DNA from: Raja brachyura
Lineage: Eukaryota
DNA: 64,000 nucleotides
Assembly: GCA_963514005.1 (NCBI GenBank)
Contig: OY740785.1
Span: 51,522,001 to 51,586,000, forward strand
Direction of reading: 5' to 3'
The first letter of the stretch is position 1; the number at the start of each line of letters is the position of its first letter. A program made the position numbers and the translations under genes. This document shows, piece after piece, positions 1 through 13,119 of this stretch. Below the pieces are notes generated by a model. The model worked only from the letters and a program-made list of their open reading frames with translations, was not told the origin of the DNA and searched no databases.

Positions 1-94
1 CCAGGAAACTAACAGGTTGTGTAAAATCCATGCCAGGTTTGTTACTGTCCGTGAAGGAAGGAACTGTCACTCTTGCTTGCTTTAGCTTTGATGG

Positions 95-1110
95 GACAAA
101 GCACAGTACAGCATAGGAACAGGCTGATCTGCCCACAATGGTGAGCTGAATATGATGCCAGGATGAACTCTTGCTTGCCTGTGGATAATTCAGATCTCTC
201 CATTCCCCATATATTCATGTGCCTGTCCAAAAATCTCTTAAACACTACTATCGTATCTGCCCTATATATGCCTGCCACAAATGTATATACTTCCATGCGG
301 CCTCCTTTCAACCACTGACATTCTTGAGAAAACAATTTGGCCAACTTCTCCCTACAGCTGATACTCTCCAATCTATGCATCATTCCAGTGAACCATCTCT
401 GCATCATTTGTAAAGTTCTCACATCCTTCCTGTATTAGCACAACCAGAACTGCACTCTATACTCCAACTAGTGCCTAATCTAAGTCCTATAAAGCTGTAT
501 CATGATTCCCTGACTCATTCTCAATGTCCCAACCAATGATCAGCCATGATCACAGTGAATGGCGGTACTGGCTCAAAGGGCCGAATGGCCTACTCCTGCA
601 CCTAATGTCTATTGAAGGCAAGTATATCATATTGCTTCTTTGCCACGCTATCTACTTGTGTGTGCTACATTTTGGGAGTTATTGACATGTATCCCAAGAT
701 CCCTATGTTAAGGGCCATTCCATTAATTGCATATTTTCCTCTTGCATTCAAACTCCCAAACTGCAACACCTTACACTTGGTCAGAATAAACTCCATCTGT
801 CATTTCTTAACCCATTTCCATATTTGATCGATATTGAACTGTATACTTGGACAGCCTTCCTCACATGTCTGTGACTCGAGCAATCTTGGTGTTATTTGCA
901 AACTTACAACCCAACCCGTCTACCAGTCTGAAGAAGGGTTTCCATCAGAAACGTCACCCATTCTTTCTCTCCAGCGATGGTGCCTGTCCCACTGAGTTAC
1001 TCCAGATTTTTGTGTCTATGTTCGGTTTAAATCAGCATCTGCAATTCCTTTCTGTACATTTACTTCCAATTCATTTATATATTTCACAAACAACAGAGGT
1101 CCCAGCACAG
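95..1110 (-). mobile_element. Decayed CR1 LINE fragment (RT C-terminus and 3' end); contains a nested + strand CR1 tail (~535-613) and a Penelope-derived arm (~924-1055)
   Basis: ORF 42..422(-) reads QRWFTGMMHRLESISCREKL, a degenerate form of the CR1 motif QRRFTRMLPG..SYRERL seen intact at 45155-45892. Boundaries approximate. Confidence 0.75.
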
Positions 1111-1128
1111 ACCCTTGAAAATATTGTT

Positions 1129-1365
1129 AAAGAAGGAACTGCAGATGCTGGAGAATCGAGGGTTACACAAAAAGCTGGAGAAACTCAGCGGGTGCAGCAG
1201 CATCTAAGGAGTGAAGGAGATAGGCGACGTTTCGGGTCGAGACCCTTCTTCAGACTAGACTCTGCAGTCTGAAGAAGGGTCTCGACCCGAAACGTCGCCT
1301 ATCTCCTTCACTCCTTAGATGCTGCTGCACCCGCTGAGTTTCTCCAGCTTTTTGTGTAACCCTTG
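1129..1365. repeat. Penelope-derived palindromic repeat with perfect 98-bp inverted arms (1159-1256 and 1266-1363)
   Basis: The arms are exact reverse complements around a 9-nt spacer. The same motif (GAAGAAGGGTCTCGACCCGAAACGTC) lies downstream of the GIY-YIG ORF end at 63415-63870. Confidence 0.85.
1266..1300 (+). ncRNA. Minimal type I hammerhead-ribozyme-like motif (mirror copy on the - strand at ~1222-1256)
   Basis: CTGAAGA (1269-1275), extra A, stem GGGTC/GACCC, GAAA, then CGTC. Helix III is reduced to palindromic ACGT, as known for Penelope-like elements. Helix I is only ~2 bp in this copy. Confidence 0.5.
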
Positions 1366-1384
1366 ACAATATTATTGATTCTAA

Positions 1385-1965
1385 AGGGCCTGTCCCACCA
1401 GCATGCAACTCTATGCGATTAGCGCGACCTAACGTGGTCGCTTGAGCCGTCCGGCGTCGCGGGGCCGGTCCCACTTCGATCGCCGGAGCCGCGCGGAATT
1501 GTGCGGAGTTCGTCCCGAGTTCGTCCCAACACCGCTCCGAAAAACCGACTATGTCCAAAAATCCCGCGCGGCAACGGCTTGTCGGCTCGCAGTCGCCTCG
1601 ACATTTACACACCGCCCGGACATCGTGCCTCCGTGAACCTATTTGTAAGTGCCTCCGTGACCCTCTGTGTGTGTGGCTCCGTGGCCCTGTATGTGTGTGT
1701 GTCTCGGTGCCCCTCTCTGTGTGCCCCTCTAAGTCCTGGCGAACTTACCTTGGACTTGCTTCAAGTTCGCCTCGCTTTGCGCCTCATTGCGCCACTCACC
1801 CAACCTCCGCGCGGCCCTCGCTGCCGGTTTAGTTGCGCTTGCCGCATGCAGGCGCATGCTGGTGGGAACGGCCCTGTACAGGGGATCACCCGACCTGCGC
1901 GCGGCCCCCGCTGCCGGTTTGATCGCGTTCATCGCATAGAGTTGCATGCTGGTGGGACAGGCCCT
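1385..1965. mobile_element. Non-autonomous PIF/Harbinger-type DNA transposon (MITE)
   Basis: 35-bp perfect TIR AGGGCCTGTCCCACCAGCATGCAACTCTATGCGAT; TAA TSD at 1382-1384 and 1966-1968; GC/CpG-rich interior with a second copy of the right-end segment. Confidence 0.85.
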
Positions 1966-2594
1966 TAACTATCCTCTGAAGCAATATAGATTTCATAATT
2001 TAGAGGTATTCTGAGGTGAATTGCAAAAACTGGTGGAGCCAAAGGTGCCCAGATTGTGTCAACGGGTAAATAAAGATGCCATATGAAGCAAATTTCACTG
2101 GCGAGAAATGCACAGCTGTTCAATCCCAGCAATAACAGCTGCATGAAATATTGGCATTTAAATATTTGACCATTCAGTTTTCTGACTAAAAATACAATGC
2201 ACTATTGCCAAAATGTAATTTGAGCTATATTGGCAGCTATACTGGGCAATATTCAAGAACTTTGAATTTTTAGAACGTGGTGACAATTTCGTATATATAA
2301 AAATAAACACTTTTAAAGGAACCTGGTCAGCATTAAGGGGGACAATTTGCAGCCTTAAATTTACTGTGAATAAATATTTCCTTGCGGTGTAAATTTGGTA
2401 TTTTATGGAGGAGGCCCCATAATTGGGTCCCATCTATTGCAGGAAGTACATGTGAAAATTTACATGAAAAGATATTAGTGTCTAGTAATTCCTTTGTATT
2501 TTACACTTGTATTGAACATATTGTTAATTGTTTGGTTGGTGTATGCTGGTATTGATGCTCATTCTAAGTGTAAGAACAAATATGGGTGGAACAC

Positions 2595-2965
2595 ACCATA
2601 GATGCTAAATTCTGGAGTAAATCAGCAGGTCAGAAGGGTCTGAAGAAGTGTGTCGTGTATCCATTTTCTTCAGAGATGCTGTCTGGTCTGCAGAGTTACT
2701 CCAGCATTTATTGTCTGTCTTTGGTATAAACCAGCATCTGCAGTTCGTGTTTATTACATGACTAGAACACAAAGTATGAGTCACTCAGCTGGGAGGCAGC
2801 ATCTCTGGAGGCCATGGATGTGACATTTCAGGTAGGGACCCTTTTTCAGTTTTTAAAGGGTCCCGACCAAGTTGTTGAACCATGGCTGCCAGAGATGTTG
2901 CCTGACCTGCAGAGTTACTTCAACACTTTATTCCACACAAGATTCCAGCATCTGCAGTTCCTTGT
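2595..2965. repeat. Two decayed Penelope-derived palindromic repeats
   Basis: Repeated CAGAGATGCTG...GAGTTACTCCAGCA...CCAGCATCTGCAGTT modules with their inverted partners. Confidence 0.65.
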
Positions 2966-3614
2966 ATCAAGCATTTCATGATCTTAGTCCAGAGGCAAAA
3001 TCCTGCAGATGCTAGGAACCTGTAATAATAGCTGAGAATGTGGAAATGATTAGCCATTCAGGCAGTGAAAAGGAGAGGACTAAAATCTGAAATTACCTAG
3101 AAGAAAAGTTGGTGGGAGAGAGAGATGGGGGAAGGAAGTAAATGCTTGAACCGGAAATGCAAGACTTGAATAACTGATTATCTGAAACTGTTGAATTCAG
3201 GGTAACATTTCTATGGCTGTAATGTACCACGTTGGAAGAAGCGGTACAGTTCCTCATGCATGTGCTAAGTTCTGTTGTAACAGTACGAGGTCAAATGTAG
3301 AGACTTCACATTGGAAACAGATTGGAATGGAAAATAACAATGGCATCCATCAAAATCATTGCCCAAATGACAATTTATTTCATCAAATCAATCCAAAATG
3401 TAACTAATCTATAATGTGAATCTACATATTCAGCATGTACAAATCAATTCAATATAATGCAGTTCTTTTCTATACTTATAACAATCTTAGAAGGAAGAAA
3501 GAAGGAGCTACAGTTGCTGGTTTATAAAATCTTAGATATTCCCCTGAGGGCTTTTTGATTTGGAAAGGAGATAAAAGGCCTCAATATAACAGTTCCCAAA
3601 AATAGGATTGATAA

Positions 3615-4325
3615 TGATATTGGTATTGGTTTATTTTTGTCATTGGCACTGAGATGCAGTGATTAATATTCATGGATGCAACTTGGGTAAAGAGAAAAAT
3701 ACCGGAGTACAGAGTGTAGAGTTAAAACTTCATAATGTTACAGTTAAATGAAAAGTGCAAATAGGAAAAGTGCAAATACCATAATGAGGTAGGTTGGGAT
3801 ATCGGAACTGCATCTTTATGAGGGATTCATTCAGTTGTCTGCAGGCCTGGATGAAGCTCTTCCTGAATCAGCTGGTAATTGTTTTCAAGCTTTTGCACCT
3901 CCTGTCTGGTGAGGTGCAAGGGAAGAAATTTGACTCCGTAAATGGTTATTTTGGCTGCATTGCCAAGTTAATGTGAAGCGTTGATGGAGGGTGGCTGGTT
4001 TGTGTAATAGACTGGATTACATCCAGATTGCAGACTTTCCACAGTGTGTCTTTTGAAGTTGGTTCGCAATGGAGGCATGCCAAACAAACGTCCTTTAGTG
4101 TTCTGAGGAAGTAAAGGCACTGGTGTGCTTTCTTGGCCATACCATTATGAGGTTGATACAGGATAGATTGTTGCTGATTTTTATCCCTTGGACATTGAAA
4201 CTGTCAATCTTCTCCACTCCTGTACCATTGATGTTGACTTGGGTATGCTCACCACATTATTTCCTGAAGTCATTATCTACCTCCTTCCTCATGCAGAAAA
4301 TGGGGGAGAGGTTGTGTCTTGATAC
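3615..4325 (-). mobile_element. Rex1/Babar-type non-LTR retrotransposon 3' fragment
   Basis: ORF 3946..4140(-) begins MAKKAHQCLYFLRTLK, matching the K(A)xQRLYFLRxL C-terminal motif of Rex1/Babar RT ORFs. Confidence 0.65.
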
Positions 4326-4508
4326 CAAAAGGCCAGGCTTCTGTTAAAAGGACTCTGGATTACTGTTTTCAAAGTGTATATCAAAGTGCGATGACAATTC
4401 TGCCTTTGACCAGGCATGAATTGTTCTTATTCTTCCCTGGGGATCTAGCAAACACCTGGTGGAGAAGATCTTTATTAACCACTCTCAAGATGATAGCCTT
4501 TCCACCAG

Positions 4509-4820
4509 GTGCGACGCAGTGGCACAGCTAACAGAGCTGCTACCTCACAGTGTCAGAAACCTGGGTTTGATCCTGACCTCAGAACACTCAGAGCTCTGTG
4601 TGGAGTTTGCACATTCTCCTTGCGACTGGGTAGGTTTTTCCAGGTGCTCCGGTGTCCTCCCACTTCCCGTAGCCGTGCGGATTTGTAAGTTAATTGGCCT
4701 GTGTAAATTGCCCCTAGTGTGTCTGAGTGGATGAGAAAGTGGGTTAACATAAAACTGGTGCGAATGGGTGATCGAAGGAGTGAGTGAGCTGAAGGGCCAG
4801 TTTCCATGCTGTATCTTTAT
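4509..4820 (+). mobile_element. tRNA-derived V-SINE (HE1-like)
   Basis: A box (GTGGCACAGC), B box (GGTTTGATCC), V-domain TGTGTGGAGTTTGCACATTCTCC...GTGCTCCGGT, and CR1-derived tail GAAGGGCCAGTTTCCATGCTGTATCT. Confidence 0.8.
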
Positions 4821-5114
4821 TTTTTAAAGAAAGGATCCTTTCTGTATTCCTGTCATCAGTTAGCCTACATTGTAGCTGAAGTCCCTCTCGACTCAGAGCT
4901 CCATCGGTCCTTAGAAATCCTTTCTAAGCCTCATCAGCCGCCTCAAACTGATCAAAAGGAGGTTGAAATAAGCCCTCCTTGAACCAGAGAGACTACAGGA
5001 GAAGAAGAACCACTATGCCAAATACGTGTACTTTGCTCGGCCATGGGCCAGCGATATCCAGAACACAAAGTGAATGTCAAGAAGGTGGATTACCTTTTGA
5101 TCTTGTTACCAAGT

Positions 5115-5285
5115 AGAGACAAGGAACTGCAGATGCTAGAATCTTGCATAGAACGCAAACTGCAGCAGCAATTCTGAAACGTCGCCCAGCCATGTTCTGC
5201 AGAGATGCTGCCTGATCTACCTGACCTCCAGCACTTTGCTTCTTTTTTTTGTAAACCAGCACCTGCAGTTCCTTGTGTCTCCATA
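5115..5285. repeat. Penelope-derived palindromic repeat
   Basis: GAGACAAGGAACTGCAGATGCT ... AGCACCTGCAGTTCCTTGTGTCTC inverted ends; internal GAAACGTCGCC. Confidence 0.7.
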
Positions 5286-6154
5286 TCTTTCTAAATGTTG
5301 CTCTGAATATTTCAGTGTAGAAATGTAAAATCTTATTAGAAATTAACATTGTTGGTATTATTATGTACTTTCCTTTGTTATTTTCCAATTCTACATATTG
5401 GCATGTCTCATATAATTTCCCCCGTTTAAGATATCTCACTTGTGCAATAGAAAATCTGTTAAGCAGTTCAGCAAGGTTTTATTTACTTCACTAAATCATA
5501 ATGCTAATTTGGTAACTCTCTAATCGATTGCCACTTTCTCATGAATCTTATCAGAACTCTGATAACATTTGATGGGGGAGAGTAGAAAGAAATGCTAGGA
5601 TGAAGCATTTTTTTAATGCAACCTTGGATTCTTGCCACTATTTTCATGTAAATATGCTAAGCTGTAATATTAGTAATTCTACAGAGACAACACAGGAAAT
5701 ACAAATGTTTTTTTGCTGTTGCTAATCATACATTGGTTGCATGTATCAAATATTGATTATCTATAGAATGGGTTTAAATATTTTTTTTAAATCCCCAGTG
5801 AGATTCGAGACCATTTGGGCAATGTCAAAGTGGAGCAATAAAAATTTGAAGATAAGAATCATTTATGAAATAAACATGAGTTGAAGAAGCTTTTTATTTG
5901 TTTAATTCTCTCATGCCTTGAAGGCCAAGTAGCTGATCACTTGTCAGCTGTACAGTTAGACAATTTATTCTTTGACCTCTGCTTGTTTCTGCAGAGGGCA
6001 AACGAGGAAAGAAGGCCAATGAGAGTTTCTACTGACTTTTTCTCAACACTTTAAGGCAGCTTTGTCACTTCTACCTTTTTATTCTACAAAGATATCATTG
6101 GCATCCGGGATCGGTCGCTTTTTGGGGTATTGTAAACTTGCATTAAATTCAAGG

Positions 6155-6362
6155 CTAGACTCAAAGTGCTGGAATAACACAGCGGGTCAGGCAGCAATTT
6201 TGGAGAATAGGGATCGGTGACATTTCGAGTCTGGATCCCTTTGACTGACCAACCCAAAATGTCACCTACCCTTTTTCTCCAGAGATGCTGCCTGACCTGG
6301 TTTATATGAAAGGTAAACTGTGTCTACCTTTGATATAAACCAGCATCTGCAGTTCTTTTCTA
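6155..6362. repeat. Penelope-derived palindromic repeat
   Basis: CAGCGGGTCAGGCAGC ... GATGCTGCCTGACC inverted arms followed by CCAGCATCTGCAGTTC. Confidence 0.65.
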
Positions 6363-6582
6363 CAATTTTACTATCTCTTGAATTTAAGGCTATCTGGTAT
6401 ACCAGCAATACATAAGACTTTATTGTTTGATTCAGGCTCCATTGCGCTTGCTCTCGTTGGTAGCATACAGGATAATTATACACACATGACTTCTCTGGTT
6501 TCGACGCGAAGAAATCTATGAAGATTGCAGATCTAGGGAAAGTTTGTGGCAATACCTTGCGGGCAGTCTGTATTATGCGTAA

Positions 6583-6930
6583 GGAGGTATGGTTGCGCAG
6601 CAGTAGAGTTGCTGCCTTACAGTGCCAGAAGACCCAAATTAGAATTCCCAAATTAATCGAGTTGCTGCCTTACAGTGCCCAAATTCGATCCTGACTACGA
6701 GTGCTTGTCTGTGCAGAGTTTGAATATACTCCTCATGACCTACGTTGGTTTTCTCCAGGATCTCCGGTTTCTACCTTTGGAATCAGGTTTGTAGGCTAAT
6801 TGGCTTGGTATAATTGTAAATTGTTCCTATTGTATGTAGTATCGTGTAAGTGAGTGGGGATCACTGGTCGGTGTGGTCTCGGTGGGCCAAAGGGCCTGCT
6901 TCCATGCTGAATCTCTAAAACAAAACTAAA
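6583..6930 (+). mobile_element. tRNA-derived V-SINE (HE1-like) with a partly duplicated head
   Basis: GAGTTGCTGCCTTACAGTGCC occurs twice; B box TTCGATCC; V-domain; CR1-like tail ending in (AAAAC)n. Confidence 0.75.
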
Positions 6931-7009
6931 ACGTGTTGGATGGCAGCAGTGTACAGGTAGATAAATCTCCCTGGCCTGATTAGATATATCTGAATCAGGT
7001 GTGAATTTT

Positions 7010-7880
7010 TACTTACTATACCTTTTGCCCAACGGAAGAGGGGAGAAGTGGGACACATTGGCTGACTCAAAGAAATTGCAGAAGCCCTGGCTGTGATATA
7101 TGAATCATCATTAGACACAGCTGATGTGCCAGATGACTGGAGGGAGGCTAATGTTGTGTCTTCACATAAGAAGAGCTGCATGGAAAAAGCTTGGGAATTA
7201 TAGACCAGTGAGTTTAACATCTGTAGTTGGTAAGTTGCTGGGGAGGATTCTGGGAGATATGATATGTATTTGGATAAATAGGGGGCTGATTAGGGATAGG
7301 CAGCATTGTTTTGTAAGTGGGAGATTTTGTCTTATAAATCAAAGTATTTTGAAAAAGTAATCAAAAATGATTAACGAGGGCAAAGCCATAGACATTACCT
7401 ACGTGGACTTCAGCAAGGCATTTGTTAGGGTTCGGCATGGTAGGCTGCTCTGGAAGGTTCGATCGCATGGAATCTATGGAGTGCTAGCCAACTGGATAGC
7501 GAATTGGCTTAATGGAAGGAAGCAGAGGTGATGATGGATGGTAGTTTTTCAGAGCGAAGGCCACTGACCAGTGGTGCGCCTCAAGGATTGATTTTGCACT
7601 TATTGCTGTTTATTGTTTATATTAATGATTTGCAAGATAATGTATAAGGCATGATGTAAGTTTGCAGGTGGCAGGTGAAGGTGGTCAAGAGGCCTTTGGT
7701 ACATTGGCTTTCATTAGTCGGGCATTTGAATTTAGATGTTGGGATGTTTTGTTACAGTTGCACAAAATATTGTTGAGGTTGCATTTAGAGTATTGTGTAT
7801 AGTTTTGTTCATCCTGCTATAGAAAGGATGTAATTAAACTGGAAAGAGTGCAAAAATGTTTTACAAGGATATTGCTTGAC
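7010..7880 (+). mobile_element. CR1 LINE ORF2 (RT) fragment, internally deleted
   Basis: ORF 7124..7360 contains GNYRPVSLTSVVGKLL; DFSKAF and SGxPQG remnants follow. Confidence 0.85.
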
Positions 7881-8059
7881 ACATCAGCAAGAATCCCGAA
7901 TAAAAACATTGTTGGCCATTTCCCTCTATAGATACAACCTGATCTGCTGAATTCGTCAAGCACATTGTGTTTACTGATCACTTCTTGAAATCTGATCTAT
8001 TCCCTAAAACAATAATGATAATTGTGACTTGGAAAGTTGACTTCTTTAATCTCATTGGA

Positions 8060-8197
8060 TAGGAAAGAGACATGAGATATGGGGAGAAGGCAGGAACGGG
8101 GTATTGATTATGGAAGATCAACCATGATCACATTGAATGACGGTGCTGGCTCAAGGGCTGAATGACCTACTCCTGCACCTATTGTCTATGTATCTAT
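8060..8197 (+). mobile_element. CR1 3' UTR fragment
   Basis: GATATGGGGAGAAGGCAGGAACGGGG...CCTACTCCTGCACCTATTGTCTATG, the same 3' end as copies at 28388-28553 and 29188-29340. Confidence 0.8.
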
Positions 8198-10324
8198 GGC
8201 ACATCAATTAATCTTTTGTTTGGATCTGACACATCATGAAAAATGATTATGACCAGAAAGTCATTACTTTTATGTAGGAGTTGCACATCAAATTGTACAG
8301 GGATTTGTGGAACATCCAGGAGACCAAAAACCTCACTGGTTTAAAAAAAGAAAAGTAAACTCTTATGGTTTTACCTTCTTGACCAGAGTCACATTTAAAC
8401 CTCAATCTCAGCAAGACTGTAAATAATACTCATTGTTTCTCTGGCCTTCAACCACTCAGTTAAGTTGCAAGATAGGCTACACAGTACGCCCTCATTGACG
8501 ATCCAATTATGTACTTGACAAATCATTTTCTTCAGTTGGCCACTGGTGGAAATTGACTCAATTTTCGTGCAACCCAAAGGCAACCGTTTTTGTTTTTGTC
8601 CCACTGTATCAAAATTCACTGCTGCTTGAAGCCTTTGTAGGGCATTGCACATAGTTGAAAATGTGGAGGCCAGGTTAAAACTAGATGCTGGAGATTTTTA
8701 GAGGCTAGGCGATAAGATTCTGAGAATTGGGCAGGAAACTGGAATTTAGGTCGCTTTGAGATCACAGTGATCGTATTAGATGGCAAACAAGGGTCAAGAC
8801 AGTCAAGCATTCTTGTCGCTAAATTTTTGAAATTCAAAATGGGAAATCATCCTCCCAAGTTGTCTGTTCATTACTTGTTATTTGCATACATTTCATTTGT
8901 GGTGGCTACAATGTTGATTGTTTCATCCTCTAATTGTTTGTTTTTCATTAGTATTGTTCTTGGGGGAGGTGGGCAGGGGGATGTCTAATCCAGGTGGCAT
9001 TGAATTTCTGATTGCTCAATTTGGCCTGTAATAGAATCAGGGGGAATTCCCCCAAGAATAGCCTCATAATTAAGATGTCTATAAGATTTGGCACTTGGCT
9101 GGATGAAGTTGACAATGATAAATGGCTTTGTCTAATTATGTTAACTATTAATTGCATGCAATGCTAGTAAACCCAATTACATTTAAATATTCATGTTGAT
9201 ATAGTTAATATGAACGGCACCACTGCAGTCAATGTGCTGAGTCCATACCTGCAATAAGGAATTTGCTGGCAAATATTTAAATAGAAGATGGTCAGAAAGC
9301 TAAACAATGTAAATAATCCACATTTATCATTAGCTGCTTCAAGTGAAACAGTTTTCATTTTATAATGGTGCCAAGCCTTGGGCAGATGGTTAGAGGACTG
9401 AAATGTATTATAGGCCAGATGTAACTGAGAAATTTTCAGGGCTGGAAAGGAATGTGAACATAATTTCAGATCAGTGGTAAACATGCTATTGTAGACAAAT
9501 ACTGCCAAAATAATGACATACTATAATGTTGCGTTATAATTTTGAAGAAATTGTAAAGAAGAAGCATGGTTCAATTGCAATTTATTTGAACTTTTAAGTT
9601 TAGCGGCTGACTGATGTTTAGCCACAGGTCTGTACTCGTTTCCTCTATCTGTATTTCAACAAAGCAAGTGATTGAACAATCAATGCAGAAATCATTGAAA
9701 TCCTTTTAAAAGTGGTTTAACTCTACCCCCTAAAAAAACAACAAACCACACATTAATTTGTCCCTTCTGAATGTGATTAATGTGAGCTTGTCATTTCATT
9801 TACATAAGGTAGCAAGGTGATAGAAATGCACAGTAGATAGATGGGAATTGAAACAAGAAAATGTGCTGCAATGTCATGTTTTCTCAATGGGATTCTGATC
9901 TCTTGCTTGATCTCATCACAAAAGAAAATGTTTTTCATTTTTATGGCAGAACTCCATATCAGTCTTAAAAGACTCAGTTTACATGCAGTACAACCAAAGC
10001 TGATGAGAGCAGAATGTCACAAAGGCAAATTATGTTACAATTCCTGTCACATTAGGAAATTGTGAATCGTAAACAAAACAAATCATGAAAATATATTTTT
10101 TTATTTGTAAGTTGCTAATTGTATGTATGCAAAGCACAAACATGCATACCATTTGTGTGGGCTTTTTCTGCAATACGCTCTCTGAAATGGTGACTGTGGT
10201 AATTTTAACCTATCAATTGTATCCAAGTTATGTAGCTGGCCATGGAAAGGAATTCAATAATATCTCTCTTGGAATTCCCTCTTTATTTTCACTGGAAATA
10301 CCAGTCTTCCAATCACCCCCTATT

Positions 10325-11250
10325 TAAAATGTTCCGCTCGACAGCACTGATGTACAGCAGGATCTTTGGGTCCAAGTCCATAGCTCCCTGAAAGTAGCAA
10401 TACAGTCAGATAGGGTGGTAATAAAGACCATGCTTGTCTTCATATATCGGAGCATTGAGTATAAGAGTCAGGATGTTGCGATGCAGCTTTATAGGACTGG
10501 TTAGGTGACATTTGGAATATTGCGTGCAGTTCTGGTTGCACAATTATAGGGTGGATGTGGAAGCTTTAGAAAAGGTGCAGAGGAGCTTTACCCAAATGTT
10601 GCCTGGATTCTGTGCTATTAGATACAGGGAGAGGTTGGACAGACTTGAATTGTTTTCTCTGAAATGCCAGAGGTTGCGGGGGGACCTGATATAAATATAT
10701 AAGACTATGAGAGGCAGAGATAGGGTAGACAGTCAGAACCTCCTACCAGGATGAAAAAAATCAAATATTGGAGGGCATAACTTTGAGGTGAGAGGAGCAA
10801 AGTTTAAAGGTGATGTGCGATGCAACTTTTTTTGCATAGAAGGTGGTGAATGCCTGAAATGCACTGGCAGGGTTGATGGTAAGTCAGATGCGATGGCGTC
10901 TATTAAGAGGCTTTTGGATAGGCATGAGGATATGCTGGGAATGGAGAGAGATTGATTATGCGCATGTAGACAAGAGATGGATGGATGTAGTGCTAGAGTA
11001 ACTCAGCGGGTCAGGCAGCATCTATGGAGAAAAAGGATATGTGACGTTTCGGGTTGGGAGGTTTTCAGGTGGGTTTTTCTCTGGAGATGCTGCCTGATGC
11101 ACTGAGTTACTCCAGCACATTATATGTGCGTTTGGTTATAAACCAGCACCTGCAGTTCCTTTCTACACATAGAAGAGATGGTTTTGGCATCACTTTGGCA
11201 CAGACATTGTGGGCCGAAGGGCCTGTTCTTATGCTGTACTCTTCTATGTT
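10325..11250 (+). mobile_element. CR1 LINE 3' fragment interrupted by a Penelope-derived palindrome (~10975-11168)
   Basis: ORF 10512..10694 reads EYCVQFW...LEKVQRSFTQMLPG...RLRGDLI; the CR1 tail resumes after the insert. Confidence 0.85.
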
Positions 11251-11724
11251 CCTTTTACACTGGGTATTGAGCTCTTCATGCCAGATGATCTTGATAGAGA
11301 TGTAATTAATGTATTACAACAGAATGCATTGTACTTGAAACATGCTACTGCACTGAAAAAGGATCGTATTTCACTTTACCTATCTGGGATTTATTTTGAC
11401 ATTTATACTTTTAAAATAATGTAATAGTACTTGGGCAATATAATTAATTGTGTGCACTATTACTAAACCTAGTGCAATAATATCAAAGTATAGACTGTAA
11501 TATTTCATACAATTTAACTTTATATCTTGAACTGTTGAAGATCTGATGTAAAACATCTTTGTTTAGGAAATTAATAATTAAAGGTGTTAAATTATATTAA
11601 AGAACAATCACATTATTCAATTATGTTGGAAAATGAATGGTCCTAGGTTTTACTAGGACCCTTCAATGAGTTGACTACAGTCAGTGTTAATGAGAACATT
11701 TCCTAAGATGCTTTATTAAATAAT

Positions 11725-11865
11725 TAACAATAGGTGCAGGAGTAGGCCATTCGGCCCTTCGAGCCAGCACCACCATTTAATGTGAGCATGGCTCATCATC
11801 CACAATCAGTACCCCGTTCCTGCCTTCTCACCATATCCTCTGATTCTGCTATCTAAGAGCTCTAA
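11725..11865 (-). mobile_element. CR1 3' UTR fragment
   Basis: ACAATAGGTGCAGGAGTAGGCCATTCGGCCCTTCGAGCC is the reverse complement of the CR1 3' end. Confidence 0.8.
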
Positions 11866-12259
11866 CAATCATAATCCATAATTGCAAGGAAATGCATGAG
11901 CTTATGGCAAGTATAATTTATTGGACTAGCTTGAGTATTTGAGCAGTTCATGCATTAAAAAAGTCTTTTAATGTGCCACTTTTAAAGTCTTTCTGACAAT
12001 ATTTTTGCATTTCTCCTGCATGTATTTTTATGATTAAATTTGTGAACTTCCTGTTTTCCTTACAATTCAGTGCTATTCATCGTAGAGAATCATTCAGAAT
12101 AGAGAAATCTAGCACTTAGTCGGCTATTCGACTAGTGAACATGGAATGGAAGATGGCACTGTACAGCATAGGATCAATGTCTGTGCCAAACATTATGTCA
12201 TAAATCAACTCTTTTCTGTCTTCACACATTCTACACTCCCGCATTCCCTGCATATGTTT

Positions 12260-13110
12260 AGTTTGGTTTATTGTCATGTGTACTGAGGTACAGTGAGAAA
12301 TGTTTGTGTTGCATGCTATCCAATCAGCAGAAAGACTATACATGTTTTCATTCAAGCTGTCCACAGTATACAGGTACAGGATGAAAGGAATATCATTTAG
12401 TGCAAGATAAAGTCCAGTAAAGTCTAATTAAAGATAGTCCGAGGGTCTTCAATGAGATAGATGGTAGCTCAGGACCGCTCTCATGTTGCTAATAGGATGG
12501 TTCAGTTGCCTGATAACAGCTGGGAAGAAACTGTCCCTAAATCTGGAGGTAGACGTCTGTATCTCTTGCTTGATGGGAGAGGAGGGAGTTTTCCAGGGTA
12601 AGACTCATCCTTGATTTTGCTAGTGACCTTGCCAAGGCTGTGCGAATTGTAGATAGAGTCAATGGAAGAGAGGTTGTTTTGCGCAATGGTCTGGGCTGCG
12701 GCCACAATTCTATGGAATTTCTTGTAGTCTTGGCTGGATGTATTCTGATAAGCTGTGATGCATTCTAATAAAATGCTTTCTACAGTTTCCTAAGCCTTCT
12801 AAGAAAGTAGAAGACATTGGTATGCTTTCTTGGCCATTGCTTCAATATGGCAGGTCCAAGACAAGTTGCCGGTGATATTTACACCTTGGAACTTGTACCT
12901 TTCAACCATTTCTACTTTGGTGTTGTCAGTGTATACCGGGTATGTGTACTGCTTCACTTCGTGAAGTTGATCACTATCTCCTTTGTCTTGCTGACATTGA
13001 GTGAAAGGTTGCTTTCTTAACACCAGGTTACGAGGTTCTCAATCTCCCGAGTCTTGAAGATCCAGCTGTAGAGATGAGTGCCGACTCCAAGTTCCACGAG
13101 TTTGGAGATA
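12260..13110 (-). mobile_element. Rex1/Babar-type retrotransposon 3' fragment
   Basis: ORF 12799..13023(-): VEMVERYKFQGVNITGNLSW..HIEAMAKKAYQCL. Confidence 0.7.
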
Positions 13111-13119
13111 AGCTTGGAT

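Noticed and set aside
847-1968. Cluster of overlapping 60-155 aa ORFs
   Set aside because: By-products of the GC-rich MITE and the palindrome (the same peptide appears on both strands); no protein motif.
4509-4585. tRNA-like A/B boxes (also at 6583, 33058, 41182)
   Set aside because: SINE heads followed by V-domain and LINE tail, not tRNA genes.
4860-5075. Coding-looking stretch between a SINE and a palindrome
   Set aside because: No long ORF, splice pair or recognisable motif; probably an unidentified repeat fragment.
5965-6135. Strong-looking splice acceptor (TTGTTTCTGCAG, ~5993)
   Set aside because: No convincing donor or coding signal; cannot be called an exon without transcripts.
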